Assembly: GCF_020745735.1 (NCBI RefSeq)
Contig: NC_083409.1
Location: 14,913,873 to 14,977,872 of the forward strand
Direction of reading: 5' to 3'
Source: Hemiscyllium ocellatum
Lineage: Eukaryota
DNA: 64,000 bases
Positions 47,401 to 60,545 of this stretch are shown here, one piece after another (the first letter of the stretch is position 1; every line of letters starts with the position of its first letter). The notes under the pieces are model-generated. The model did no database searches. It saw only the letters and a list, made by a program, of their open reading frames with translations, and was not told the origin of the DNA. Made by a program: the position numbers and the translations under genes.

Positions 47401-50400
47401 CTGAAAGACAAGAGAAACAATTTTAATCCCTGCCATTTGAAGGGATTTCAACTCTCAGAATATTCATTGATAAAATGTTTGAACATTTGTAGCCAATACC
47501 TAACAATCCCCATAAAAAAACAAGCATTGTTTAAATTGCTTCTTGGGATGTGAGTGTCACTGATAGGATCAGCATTTATTGCCCATCCCTCATCACCCAG
47601 AGGGCAGTTTAGAGTCAACCACATTGCTGTGGGTCTGGAGTCACATGGTGAGGATGGCAGTTTCCTTCCCTAAAGGGCATCAGGGAATCAAATGGCTTTT
47701 TCCTGACAATCAATAATTGTTTCATGGTCATCATTAGACACTTAATTGCAGATTTTTAAAATTGAATTCACATTCCACCATCTGCTGCGGCAGGATTCTA
47801 ACCCTGGCCCCCAGAACATTAATCTGGATCTCTGGATGAACAGCTCAGCGATAGTACCATTAAATCATCACCTCCTTTATCTTATTTTTAGTTGAGTGTG
47901 AAAGCAAGAAGTTTGTTTCTGAACAGGGTGTTTAGGAAAAGCACCTCTGAAAGACTCCCAGTTCATCCCAAAAAAGATTAGTTCCTTGAAAGTGGAGTTG
48001 CAGGTAGGTAGGGGAGCGACAAAGTCACTTGGCATGCTTCCCTTTATTGGGCAGTGCATTGAGTATTGGAGTTAGGAGCTGATGCACCTGTACAGGACAT
48101 TAGTTTGGCCCCTTTTGGAATACTGTGTGGAATTCTGGCCTCCCTGCTGTAGGAAAAATGTTGGGAACCTTAAACTGGTTCAGAAAAGATTTCCAAAGAT
48201 GTTGCCAAGTTGGAGGGTTTGAGCAATCGGGAGAGGCTGAATAGGCTGAGGCTATTTTCCCTGGATCGCTGGAGGCTGAGGGATGACCATATCGAGGTTT
48301 CTAACATAATGAGGGGCATTGATCAAGTGAATAGAGAAGATATTTTGGTCAGAGTGAAGGAGTCCAGAACTAGAGAGCATAGGTGGAAAGTATCAGGAGA
48401 ATGATTTAAACGGGAACTAAGGCATGATGTTTTCCTGCAAGAGTGGTACATTTTTGGAATGAGCTGCCAGAGGAAGTGGTGGAGGCTGGTATGATAACAT
48501 TTAAAAGGCATTTGGGTGAGTATATGAATAGGAAGGGTTTAGAAGGATATGGACCAAATACTGACAAATGGGACTAGATTAATTTAGGTTATCTGGTCGA
48601 TATGGACAAGTTACACAGAAGGATCTATTTCTGTGCTGTACATCTCTATGACACTATGACTCTATGTCTCTGTGGTTGACATGGATGAGTCAGATCGAAG
48701 AGTCTGTTTCCATGCTGTACATCTCTATGACTCTAATTGTGTTTCAATCAAGCCCTCAGCACCTCAGACTCTCCCAAAGACAGTTACACTTTGCTTGAAA
48801 ACCAGTCACTGTTGCAATTTCAGGAAAGGGACAGCCAATTTCTACACAGCAAGATCCCACTGGAAGCAATAAGATCAAAGAGCATTCTTCATGATTTTGG
48901 TTCAAGGATAAATATTGTCCTGAACTCAACCCAAAGAGAAAGGAATTTGGTTCAGTTGGATGGAAAATGTGAAAATGGAAGGTAAAGGAGAAGGTAGGAT
49001 TGCTGGTTAGTGATGGGATTGATTGTTACCAAAAAATAAAAGGAAGGGAGGGAATTTTTGAATATCAAAGATGCCATAAAAGTGCAGGGAAAGTCAAGAA
49101 TAGATCAACCTTAAAGATTTTGTGTCTAAATGCACGAAGCATTCCGAGTCAGGGAGACAAAGTGATGCCCCAAATCGAGGTAAATTGAGTTTCCAAGTAA
49201 CTTAAACTAGTTAAAGTGGAGGAGGGCTCAGGAGAGGTTAGCAAAGATTCTGGAAGATGTAATAGGACTGAGAGCATGGAAGGGATCAGGAATCAAATGT
49301 CAAGCACATCAGATAAGAGGAACAATGATGAGAAGGAGGGCAGTCAATGCAGGACTGAGGGTGTTGTAATTAAATGGCAGGTACATGTTGTGGGTATCAC
49401 AGGGACATGGCTGTAAGGGGATCCGGGCTGGGAACTAAATATCCAAGGATACATGATCTATCAAAAAGACAGGCAGAAGAGCAGAGGTACAGGAGTTGCC
49501 TTGTTAGTAAGAAATGACTTTAAATCAATAGCAAGAAAGATACAGTCAGAAGGTGTACAATCTGTGTGGGGAGTGTTGAGGAACCCAAGAAATAAAGAAT
49601 CTGATGCAAGTTCAGGTCTCCAAGCAGTAAACAGGGTGTGGGGAAGGAAATCAATCAGGAGACAGAAAATCCATTAAAAAAAATGGAGAGGTGGATTGGG
49701 TAGCACGTCTCTCATGGAATGTCTATGAGATGGTTTTTGAAACAGCTTGCGGTTTGGAACAGGCAGTTCTGGATTCAGTGATGTGTAATGAGGCAAACTT
49801 GATTAGTGAGCTGAAGGTGAAAGTATCCTTCTGGATAAGTGACCATAATACGATAGAATTCCCCCTGTAGTTTGAGAGGGAGAAGCTGTAATCAGATGGT
49901 ACAGTATTTCAGTTGAGTAAAGGGAACGACAAAGGCGTGAGGAAGGAGCTGGCCAGAGTTGATTGGAAGGGGAGCCGAGCAGGTAAGATGATGTGGCAGC
50001 AAACAGCAGAGTTTCTGGGGGTAATTCAGGAAGCAGAGTAGGAATTCATCCCAAAAAAGAAGAAACACACTAAGGGGAGGACAATGTAACCATGGCTGAT
50101 GAGGGAGGTCAAGGACAGCATAAAAGCAAAAGAAAAAGCACACAATGTGGTGGAAAATAGTGGGAGGCCAGAGGGTTAGGAAGTCTTTAAAAACCTGTAG
50201 AGGATAACTGAAAAAACACATTCAGGGTACCGAAGGTGAAATGTGGGGGAAAGCGAGCCAGTAATATAAAAGAAGATTGCAAGAGTTTCATCAGATATAT
50301 AAAAAGGAAGATGGAGGCAGAAATAGACATTGGAAAAAGAATAATAGGAAATGAAGAAAAAGCAGAGGAATTGAATCCATACATTACATCAGTCTGCACA

Positions 50401-53400
50401 ATGGAAAACACCAGCAGTGTCCCAGTCCTTCAAGACTGTCAGGGGACAGAGGTGAGAGCAGTGGCCATTATTAAGGAGGAGGTACTGGGGAAGCTGAAAT
50501 GTCTGAGTGTGGATAACTCACCCAGACTAGATGAATTACACCAGTGTGTTCTGAAGGAGATCACTGAGGAGATTGTGGAGACATTTTTGATGATCTTTCA
50601 GGAATCAATGGAGTCAGGGTGTGGAGGTATTTTCTAAATGAGGAAAGCCTTTGGAAATCTAAAGCACAAACCTCATTCAGGATTTTCTTAAGGTGAACAG
50701 GCAGGTGTGGTTTGTGCTTGGGAAGGTAAATGAAATATTAGCATTCATTTCAATAGGGCCAGAATACAAGGGCAGAGATGTACTGCTAAGGCTGTGTAAG
50801 GCTCTGGTCAGACTGAATTTGGAATATTGTGAGCAGATTTAGGACCCATATTGTAAGAAACAATGTGCTGGCATTGGAGGGGTTTACAAGAATGATCCTG
50901 GGGATGGAGGGCTTGTCATATGAGGCATGGTTAAGGACTCTGGGTCTGTACTCAATGGAGTTTAGAAGGACGAGGCGGGATCTTATTGAAATTTACAGAA
51001 TACAGATAGGCCTGGATAGAGTGGATGTGGAGAAGATGTTTCCGAAAACAGGAGAGACTCGCTAACCAAGGCACAGCCTCAGAATGAAGGGCCGACCCAT
51101 TAGACCTGAGATGAGGAGGGATTTCTTCAGCCAGAGGGTGGTGAATCTGTGGAACTCATTGTTACAGAGGGCAGGGAGGCCAAGTCACTGAGTGTATTTA
51201 AGACAGAGATAGGTAGGTTCGTGATTGTGAAGGGGATCGAACATTCTTGTGGAGTAGGAAGACGAATGGGGGTGAGAAGCATATCTGCCAAGGTCAAATG
51301 GCAGAGCAGATTCAATGGGCTGAATGGCTGATTTCTGCTCCTATTTCTTAAAGTCTTTTGGAGAGTTTCTCCAAAACCCTGGAACACTGAACCCACTGAA
51401 CACTGGACTCTGAGCCCTGCTGTAGTAGCTGTTTGTCATCAGAACTTTGCAAAGAGATTATCCAAGAGTGGAGAGAGTGTGCATCCATGTGGGAACTTCA
51501 GAATGTTTCCCAGCTCCTGGAATACCATGAGTACAGGAAGTGTGGTCAGTGACAGCAGTTGGAGCTCCGGTTTTGGAGCTTGAGCAGCAGCTGGTGTCAG
51601 TGCGGAGTGTCCGTGAGGCTGAGAGCTCCGTGGAGAGCACGTTTCTAGATGTGGCCACTCCGCAGCTTCAGAGTATGCAGGGAGAGAGGGAATGGGGAAC
51701 AGCAGACAGTCCAAAAGGACCAGGCAGCTAGTACAGGAATCCCCAGACATCCTACTCTCCAACCAGGATTCAGTTCAGAATCCTGATGCGAATGATGGTT
51801 CATCTGGGGAGTGTAGCCAGGGCGAAGTCCCTGGCACCACGGGGGGACCCAGCTGTACAGGGGGGCACAAGGAAAACTGGAAGAGTGATAGTGAGAGGAG
51901 ATTGGAGAGTGAAGGCAGTCGATAGGTGTTTCTGCAGCTGCAGATGGGAATCCAGGATGGTGTGTTGTCTCCCTGGTGCCAGCGTCAAGGATAGCACTGA
52001 GCGGCTGCAGACCACCCTGAGGGGAGAGGGGGAACAGGCAGCAGTTCGTGGTCCACATCGGTCCCAGTGACAGAGGGAGAAAAGGGATGTAGTCCTGCAG
52101 TCAGAGGTTTTGGAGCTTCCGACTTTTAAGTAATCTGGGAGCTTCCTACTTTTGAGTTCCTGCTGCTAATTAGTAGCAGGAACTCAAAAGTAGGAATCTC
52201 CAGATTACTCCCAGTGCCCCACGCAAGTGAAGAAGGGCTCAGGCCCGAAACGTCGACTCTCCTGCTCCTTGGATGCTGCCTGACCTGCTGCGCTTTTCCA
52301 GCAACACATTTGCAGCACCCCACACAAGTGAGAATAGAATCAGGAGGTGAACACAGGTGACTGCTGGGCTGGAAAGAGGATCCATGAGGGAGGGCTTTAG
52401 ATTTTTGTGAGGTGGTTTACTACTGTTAGAGAGGGTTTAAACTAACTTGGCAGGGCTGTGGGAGCCAGGGGCAAATATCAGAGAGGAACACCAAGGACCA
52501 CAGAATCCTCACAGCAGTCAATAAGACACCACCCAGTGGGAAGGATGTGGAGGAATACAAATGCAAGGAATTTACAGAGACCTGCAAATATGATAGAGCC
52601 CTTATAAATGGGGGGGGGGTCTTTAATTTCTGAATATAGTGACCAGACTGGCAAAAGTGTGTTTAGGTGAATTTTCAGGTGGCATTGGTGGCTTAGTGGT
52701 GGCTCAGGGGTGGGGATCAGCATGGTGGCTCAGTGGTTAGCACTGCAGCCTTATAGTACCAGGGTCCCAGGTTTGAATCCAGCCTTGGGTGACTGTCTGT
52801 GTGGAGTTTGCACATTCTCCCTGTGTCTGCGTGTTTTTCCTCCGGGTGCTCTGGTTTCCTTCCACAGTCCAGAGGTGTGCAGGTCAGGTGAATTGGCCAT
52901 GCTAAATTGTCCATAGTGTTTGATGCATTACTGAGAGGGAAATGGGTCTGGGTGGGTTACTCTTCGGAGATCAGTGTGGACTTGTTGGGCCAAAGGGCTT
53001 GTTTCCAAACTGTAGAGAATCTAATCTAATCATTGGCAGTGAAGAAGGCTGTCTAAGAATACAATGGAATATTGACCAACTGGGCCAGTGGGCTGTGGAC
53101 TGGCAGATGGAGTTTAATTCAGATAAATGGGAGTGCTATATTTTGGTAAGACACAAGAGATGGGTGAGATCCTGAACAAATATTTTAGGTCAGTATATAT
53201 TGTGGGGAAAGCTAGGGAATTTGGAAAAATAGTGATGTCTTGAAAAGAGAACACATATAAATGAGGAGACGCTAAAGATCTTAAAACACATAAAGGTAGA
53301 TAAACCCGAGGACCTGATCAGGTGTATCCCAGAACATTGTGGCAACTGGGGAAGTGATTTTTGGGACCCTTGCTGAGATATATGTATCATCGGCAACCAT

Positions 53401-55887
53401 GGATAAGGTGCTGGAGAAACAGAGAGGTTGGCTAAGATTATGCCATTATTTCTGAAAGGAAAAGCAAGGGAACTATAGACCAGTGAGCCTGATGTCAGTG
53501 CTGGGTAAGATGTTGGAGTGGATTCTGTGGGACAGGATTTACATCGTTTGGATAATCAGTGTGGCTTTGTGCATAGGAAATCATGTCTCCTGAATTTGAT
53601 TCAGGAGGTGACCAAAAGAATTGATGAAGACAGAACAGTAGACATTGTCAATATGAACTTCAGAGTAAAGTGTTTGACAAGGTTCCACATGATAGACTGG
53701 TTGTGAGGTTAGACCACATGGGATCCAGGGGGAGCGAGCCATTGGAGTCAAAAAATTGGCTTGAAGATTGGAGGCAGAGAGTGGTGGGAAAAGGTTGCTT
53801 TTCAGACTGGAGATCTGTGAATAGCTGTGTGCCACAAGGATTGGTGCTGAGTCCACAAATGCTTTTCATCATTTAAAGAAATGATTTGGATGGGAATATA
53901 GGAGTTACGGTAAGTTTGTAAATGACACCAAAATTGGTGGGACAGTGGATAGTGAAGAAGATTATCTCAGGGTACAGCGGGACCTTGATCAGATGGGGCA
54001 ATGGGCAGAAGAGTGGCAAATGGAGTTCAGTTTAGATAAATGTGAGATGTTGCATTTTGGAAAGGCAAACCAGGGCAGGAGTTATACAGTTAATGGGAGG
54101 GCCCTGTGGAGTGTTGCTGAATAACAGACCTAGGGGTGAAGATGCAGGTACATTATTCCTTGAAAGTGGGGTCACAGGTAGACAGGGTGATGAAGAAGGT
54201 GTTTGGTTTGCTTGCTTTTGTTCATCACTGCATTGAGTACAGGAGTTGGAACATAATGTTGAGCAGTACAGGAGATTGGTGAGGCCACTTTGGGAATGAT
54301 GTGAACAATTCTATCATCCTGAGGTAGGAAGGATGTCGTTAAACTTAAAAAGCTGCAGAAAAGATTTACAAGGATGTGGCCAGGATTTGGAGGGTTCGAG
54401 CTGTCGGGAAAGGCTGAAGAAACTGGGGCTATATTCTCTGCAGCATCTAAGGCCTCGGGGTGACGTTATAGATGTTTATAAAACCATGAGGGGCATGAAC
54501 TGGGTGTATATCCAAGGTCTTTTCCGTGGGAAAGGGATTCCAAAACAAGAGGACATAAGTTTAAGGTGAGAGGCAAAAGATTCAAAAGGGACCTGAGGGG
54601 TAACTTGTCACACAGAGGGTGGTGCGTGTCTGGATTGAGCTGCCAGAGAAAGTGTTGGAGGCAGATACAGTTACAGCATTTAAAACACATTGGGATGGGT
54701 ACATGGATAGGCTGGTTTTCGAGAGATGTAAGCCAAATGCTGGCAAATGGGATGAGATCAGTTTAGGATATTTGGTTAGCATGGACAAGTTGGACTGAAA
54801 GGTCTGTTTCCACGCGGTATGACTCTGTGACTATGAGTTGCTGGAAAAGCTGAGACTTCTTCCCCTGAAGCGGAAGGTTCTGAGGAGTGACCTTGTAGAG
54901 GTTTGGAAAATCATGAGGGACATAGATAATGTGAAGAATTCTGGAAGGAGGCGAATGTTTTGTAGCGATGGCAAAAATTGTTCCCAAAGATCATTCCAGG
55001 GATGAGGAACATCAGTTATGAAGTTTGATTGGAGAATTTGGGACTGTCTTCTTTGGAGAAGGCTGAGAGGAGATTTGTTCAAGGAATTCAGAGTCAGGAA
55101 GGGCCTGGACAGAGTAAATAGGGAGAAAATGTTCCCAATTAAGAAAGGATTCAGACCAAGAGACCACAGATCGAAAGCAATTGGGAAAAGTAACAAAAGT
55201 GAGATGGGGAACAACATTTTTAGGGTGGTTAAGGTGTGGAGTGCACTGCCTGAGAGTGTGGTGGAGGCAGCTTCAATTAAAACATTCCGAGGGGAATGAG
55301 GCTGTTATTTGAAAAGGAACAATGTGCAGGGTGACAGGGAGAAGGCAGGAGAATGACACTCAGTGAATTGCTCATTCAGAGAGCCGGTCCAGACAGGATG
55401 GGTGGAATGGTCTCCTTGTGCACTGTAACAATTCTGTGATTGTGTGATTGAGCAGAGTTAAAGCTGGGGGAGGTGGGAGCTCGGTGTCTCACTGTGCTGC
55501 TGCTGCTGCTGCTGAGGTCAGTGAGATCAGAGGCTGGGACAGGGAGCCAGAGCTCACATCAAACTCTGCCCTGAGTCTGTCACACTGAGACTGGCAGGAG
55601 GCTACTCACTGATTTCACTCCATGCTGCAGGAATGGGACCACAGGCTGAAAATGGACAGAGCTCCTCCACACAGTGAGTAAAACTGACTGACTTCTGTCT
55701 TGCTGCTTAAGCGGGGCAATGGAACTAAAGAAGTACAGCTGGACACCCTGTTCGCCACAGTGCTCCTCAATCAACCATTTCATTCACTGCAGCTCCCCAC
55801 TAACACCTTCAACAATTCAGCATTTGTGTTTAGAAAGTGTGTTTCAGTATTGACAGGGTTAATAACGGATAATTGAGGTTTACTTGC

Positions 55888-55921
55888 TCAGTCTGAGTTT
55901 GGTTCCTTTCCCGAACGTGTA
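55888..55921 (-). pseudogene. IGKJ: Unrearranged kappa J segment ([11 protein letters not shown]) with a non-canonical GC donor
   Basis: TAC ACG TTC GGG AAA GGA ACC AAA CTC AGA CTG A followed by GCAAGT. Confidence 0.9.
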
Positions 55922-55960
55922 CACAGTGAGAGCTCCCAGTGCAGAGGCTGTATAAAAACC
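55922..55960 (-). promoter_or_regulatory. J recombination signal sequence, 23-bp spacer
   Basis: Heptamer CACAGTG at 55922-55928 (perfect), spacer 55929-55951, and nonamer ATAAAAACC at 55952-55960 (one mismatch to ACAAAAACC). Confidence 0.92.
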
Positions 55961-56404
55961 TCTGCTCTCTGCTTCCCCCTGTCACTCTCAACCTCTCCCT
56001 GTCTCTCTCTGTCTCTGTCTATTCTTGGTCAATCTCATTCACTCCCTACCCCTCTCTGTCTCTCCCTCATTCATGTGTCTTTCTCTCTCTGTCTTCCGGG
56101 GTTGTGTCCAGCTACTCTCGGGGGTTTGTGAAATTTAGTTTTCATTGTTAAATCTTGCAGCTGTTCTTCACATGTGGCCATGGAGTGTAAGAGGGAAACT
56201 TGAGGCCTTCAGTGAGAGGTGGACACTACAGGGACTGGAATGTGTAGTAGACAGTGACAAACCCAGCATGGGGTAATTTGTTCAATTTACTTTATATATA
56301 ACTGTGGACGTGTCAGTGCAAGAGGTGGGACTATCTGTCCCTTATTATACATTTCATATAACTGTTGGATGTGTCAGTACAGAAGGTGGTGTTGTGCATA
56401 TTGA

Positions 56405-56432
56405 GGTTTTTGTATGGCTCTGTATCACTGTA
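56405..56432 (-). promoter_or_regulatory. V recombination signal sequence, 12-bp spacer, mutated heptamer
   Basis: On the - strand: TACAGTG (56432-56426), 12-bp spacer ATACAGAGCCAT, and perfect nonamer ACAAAAACC (56413-56405). Confidence 0.92.
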
Positions 56433-56728
56433 AAGGCTGCTGCTATACTGCTGACAGTAATAGTCAGTGACATCCTCATTCTGAATGTTGCTGATTGTCA
56501 GGGTGAAACTGGTCCCTGATCCACTGCCGGTGAATCGATCGGAGACTCCTGTGAATCGAGTTGCTGCATTATAGATCAGGAGAGAGGGTTTCTGACCTTC
56601 TCGCGGCTGGTACCAAGCAAGGTTGCTGCTAATGCTTTGACTGGTCATACAGGTGGTGGTTGCAGTCTGGCCCAGTCCCACTGACAGCACCGGGGGAGAC
56701 TGGGTCATGATGATGTCCCCACTGATAC
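56433..56728 (-). pseudogene. IGKV: Unrearranged kappa V exon, open frame, in a defective cluster
   Basis: [38 protein letters not shown]...[10 protein letters not shown]. 296 bp, the same length as the V part of the joined exon. Confidence 0.92.
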
Positions 56729-56914
56729 CTGAGGGGTCAGAGAGAAACACAGTGAAGTCAGAACTGTCACAGAAAGAGCCGGTCAAATGAGAGATTGTTG
56801 GAGACACTGAGCATTCCTCTGGTTTCAGCATTTTCCCTTCAATCACAAGTCAGTGGAATTGGAGTCAAGTGGAGAGCAGCTAAAGATTCAAGGTGGAAGG
56901 AGAGAGATTTGTAC

Positions 56915-56963
56915 CTGCGATACAGAATGCCAGGGGCCAGATTAACTGGATGTGTGAAATCAT
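56915..56963 (-). pseudogene. IGKV: Kappa leader exon (MISHIQLIWPLAFCIA-G)
   Basis: ATG at 56963-56961, a 49-nt exon and a GT donor. Confidence 0.9.
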
Positions 56964-57023
56964 GGTGTGTGCTCCTGTCCCTGTGCCTCGTTCCTGATCA
57001 ATTCTCCCTTCACTGGGCTCTGC

Positions 57024-57118
57024 TTTATAAAGCTGCAGCCTGTGAGAGTCTGACTGGGTGTTCCTCAGTATGTAAATGGCATCAGGCAGAGAGAGCCACG
57101 TCAGCCCCTCACACTTCC
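57024..57118 (-). promoter_or_regulatory. Ig kappa V promoter, second copy
   Basis: TTTATAAA at 57024-57031, ATTTACAT (reverse complement at 57070-57077), TGACGTGG (reverse complement at 57096-57103) and GGAAGTG (reverse complement at 57112-57118). Confidence 0.7.
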
Positions 57119-59000
57119 TTCTCTCGCTCTCTCAGAGAATCATTGATGTGAACAACATTGAATGAGGCCATTTAGCCCATTGTGTCTGTGTGAGTAAACA
57201 AAGATCTGATGACACTAATCCCATCCTCCAGCTCTTGACCCATCAGCCTGGAGGCTACAGCAACACAAGGGAATATCTAAACACTGCTCCAGTGTCACGA
57301 GAGTTTGTGACTCAACCAGCCTTTCAGGCAGTGAGTTCCAGACTCCCACCACCCTCTGGGTGAAAACATTTCTCCTCAATTCTCCTCTCACTCCAATTTG
57401 ACTGGGCCTGGACTCACTCAAGTTCAGAAGGATGAGAGGGAATCTGATTGAGATGTATAAAATTCTAACAGGGCTGGGCAGGGAGGAGGTTTCCCCTGGT
57501 TGGGAAGTCTGGAATCAGGGGGACCCAGTCTCAGGGGGATACAGGGTAGACCATTTAGGACTGAGATGAGGAAACATTTCTTCACTCAAAGGGTAGGACA
57601 ACTGTGGAACCCAAGGAACTGAATAAATTCAAGAAAAGGAGAGAGATAATTGTTTTGCATTTTAACAGCATGAAGGGAATGGGGAGAAAGCAGGAATATG
57701 GTTTTGAGATGGAGGATCAGCCATGATCATAATGAATGACAGAGCAGGCTCAAAGGGCCAAAAGGCCTACTCCAGTTCCGAGTTTCTGTGTCCATGTCTG
57801 TGTTACCTGGGACACAGGTTATTGAGTACTTTACTGACATATAAAGTGCCTTCTTACCCACGCTATCACTGCCCCAAATAATCTTATCCCCCTCTATCAT
57901 GTCCCCTCTCAGCCTTCACTGCTCCAAGGAAACAATCCCAACCTTTCCAAGATTTCCCCACAGCTGACCCTCCATCCCAGGCAGCATCTTGGTAAATCTC
58001 TGCACCCTCTCAAGTACAGTCACATCCTTCCCAGAATGTGGTGACCAGGACCTATCCACCTCTCTCTCTCTCTCTCTCTGTCTCACATCTGCCACTTCTT
58101 TCTCTCTATCCCTCTCTCTCCTCCTGTTAATCTCATTCATGTTCTCTCTCTCTCTCTCACTCTGTCTCATAGCCACTCTCCCCAATTCACTCATGCTTTC
58201 TCACTCCATCTCATAATTTTTATTTTTCCATCTCTCACTGTCTCCATAACTCCTTCCCTCTCTCGCTTCAATTTAAATCCTCTGTTATCTCTCCTCTCTA
58301 TACCTCCCTCTGTCTCTCTCCCTCCCTCTCTGTATTCCCAATCTACAGTCGCACTCCCTCCCTCTCTGTCATTCTGTTTCTAATCATACTCATGTCTCTC
58401 ACTTTCTCTCTCTCTCTCTCTCTCTGTCTCTCTCACACAAACACACACACACACACATACACACGTACAGACACTCACCCTTTGTCTCTGACTCACTTCT
58501 CTCTCTTTCTCACAGTGTCCCAGGTTGTGGCAGTTGAATTCAGGATGAATCTCCCTCTCTCTGCCCCACTCATGGATGTTAACCCTTGACCCCAGAAGCA
58601 TGTTTTCTCCGGGAGTAAGGCCCCATTTTCCACATTGACCTGGATTTGGCCTCTCTCAGAAAGATGGCTAGATTCTTGTCAAATGAAGGGCAGTTCTGTG
58701 CTGTTGGCCTGTTCTCACTGGGGACTGGTTTGGACACAAAGCCCATTCCATGGAGGCCCAGCAGAGAGAGGAGATCCTCAGGCCATCAGTGTGAGCTGGG
58801 GGGGGCAGCACAGGCTCTGACCCACTGATCCAGCCTGTCCATTCACAATATTTTCCAATCGCTTCCCCTCTCCTACCCCTCTCTTTCCCTTTCCATGATC
58901 AGTCTCTGAGTCAGGGTGTTTTACTGGGATGTGGGTTGAACCATTACACAGTTACAACAGAAAGGAACTGAACCCCACACTCACCTTGGAGTCCATGATG

Positions 59001-60545
59001 CACTGGACTCTCCTACAGAGTCCAGTAAACATGGCCTCCTTCCTGCAAGAGCCTCCACTAGAGACCAGTAAACATTGGTCTCCTTCTGACTGGATCCTCC
59101 AAGACAGATCAATAAATATGGGCCTCCTAATCACTGGAACTTCCAATGGAGATGAGTAGATGGTTGAGTTTTTGAAGAAGTAAGCAAGAAGATAGGTAAA
59201 GATGGAGTAGTACACTCTGTCTACATGGAGTTAATACAAGGTTCCCTATGGTAGACTGCTCAGTAAGATTATATCACACAGGATCCAGGGAGAGCTCACC
59301 AATTGGATATAAAATTGGCCTGATGATAGGAGGCAGAGGCTGGTGAGAGAGGGTTGTTCTTCAGACTGGAGGCCAGTGACCAACTGCCTGTCAAAAGAAT
59401 CGATCCTGGATCCACTGTTGTTCATCATTTATATGAGTAATTTGGATGAGAAAATAGCAGGAATGGTCAGTAAGTTTGTGGCTGATGTTAAAATTGTTGG
59501 CATAGTGGACAGGGAAGAAGGTTATCCAAGAGTGCAATGTCATCTTGATCAACTGGGCCAGTGGGTCAACATATCCAGATGGAAATTTTGATAAATGGAA
59601 GGAGTTGCATTTTGGGAAGACAAACCAGGGCAGGAATTACACAATTAATGGTAGAGCCATGGGGAGTGTTGTTGAACAGAGAGTCTGAGGGGTACAGGTA
59701 CATAGTTCCTTGGAAGTGGGGTCACAGGTAGACAGGGTGGTGAAGAAAGTATTTGGCATGCTCACCTACACTGGTCAAAGCAGTGAGTACAGGAGCTGGG
59801 ACATCATGTTACAGCTGTACAAGGCATTGGGAAGGCCACATTTGGACACAGTACATTTCTGCTCACCCTGCTATAGGAAGGAAGTTATGACAGTGGTTTG
59901 AATACAAGAAAGATTAACAGGGATGTTATCAAGATTGGAGGATTTGAATTACAAGATGAGGATGAATAGGCCAAGATGTTTTTCCAAGGAATGCAGGAGA
60001 CTGAGGGGTGACCTTATAGAGGTTTATAGAATCATGAGGGTCATAGATAAGGTGAATAATCAAAGTCTTTTCCTCAGGGTAGAAGAGTCCAGTACTAGAA
60101 GGAGTAACTTAAGTTGAGAGGGGAAAAAATTAGTAGGAAACTGAGGGGCAACATTTTCACACAGAGGTTAGTGTGTATGTGTAATGAGCTGCCAGAAGAA
60201 TTCGTAGAGGTGAGTACAATTACTACATTTCAAGGACATTTTTACAGGAACATGGATAGGAAGGATTTAGAGAGAATTGGGCCAAACACATGCAAATGGA
60301 ACTAGTTCAGTTTTGGATACTTGGTCGGCATGGATGAGTTGAGCTGAACGGCCTGGTCCCATGCTGTAAACCTCTATGACTCTTTAATGATGTATACATG
60401 GACCACCTCCCAATAGACACCAATAAACATGGACCTCTTTCCACTGGAACCTCCAATAGACACCAATAAACAGGGACCTCCTTCCCACTGGATGCTCCAG
60501 AAGAGACCAGTAAACATGGCCCTCCTTCCCTCAGGACTATCCAGC
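59001..60545 (+). repeat. 43-44 bp minisatellite split by a CR1 insertion (about 59200-60385)
   Basis: Units beginning CCA(G/A)TAAACA at 59022, 59065, 59109, 60420, 60463 and 60507. Confidence 0.75.

Noticed and set aside
59001-60545. CRISPR-like array suggested by regular repeats
   Set aside because: The units are contiguous degenerate tandem repeats without unique spacers, in a vertebrate genome with no cas genes.
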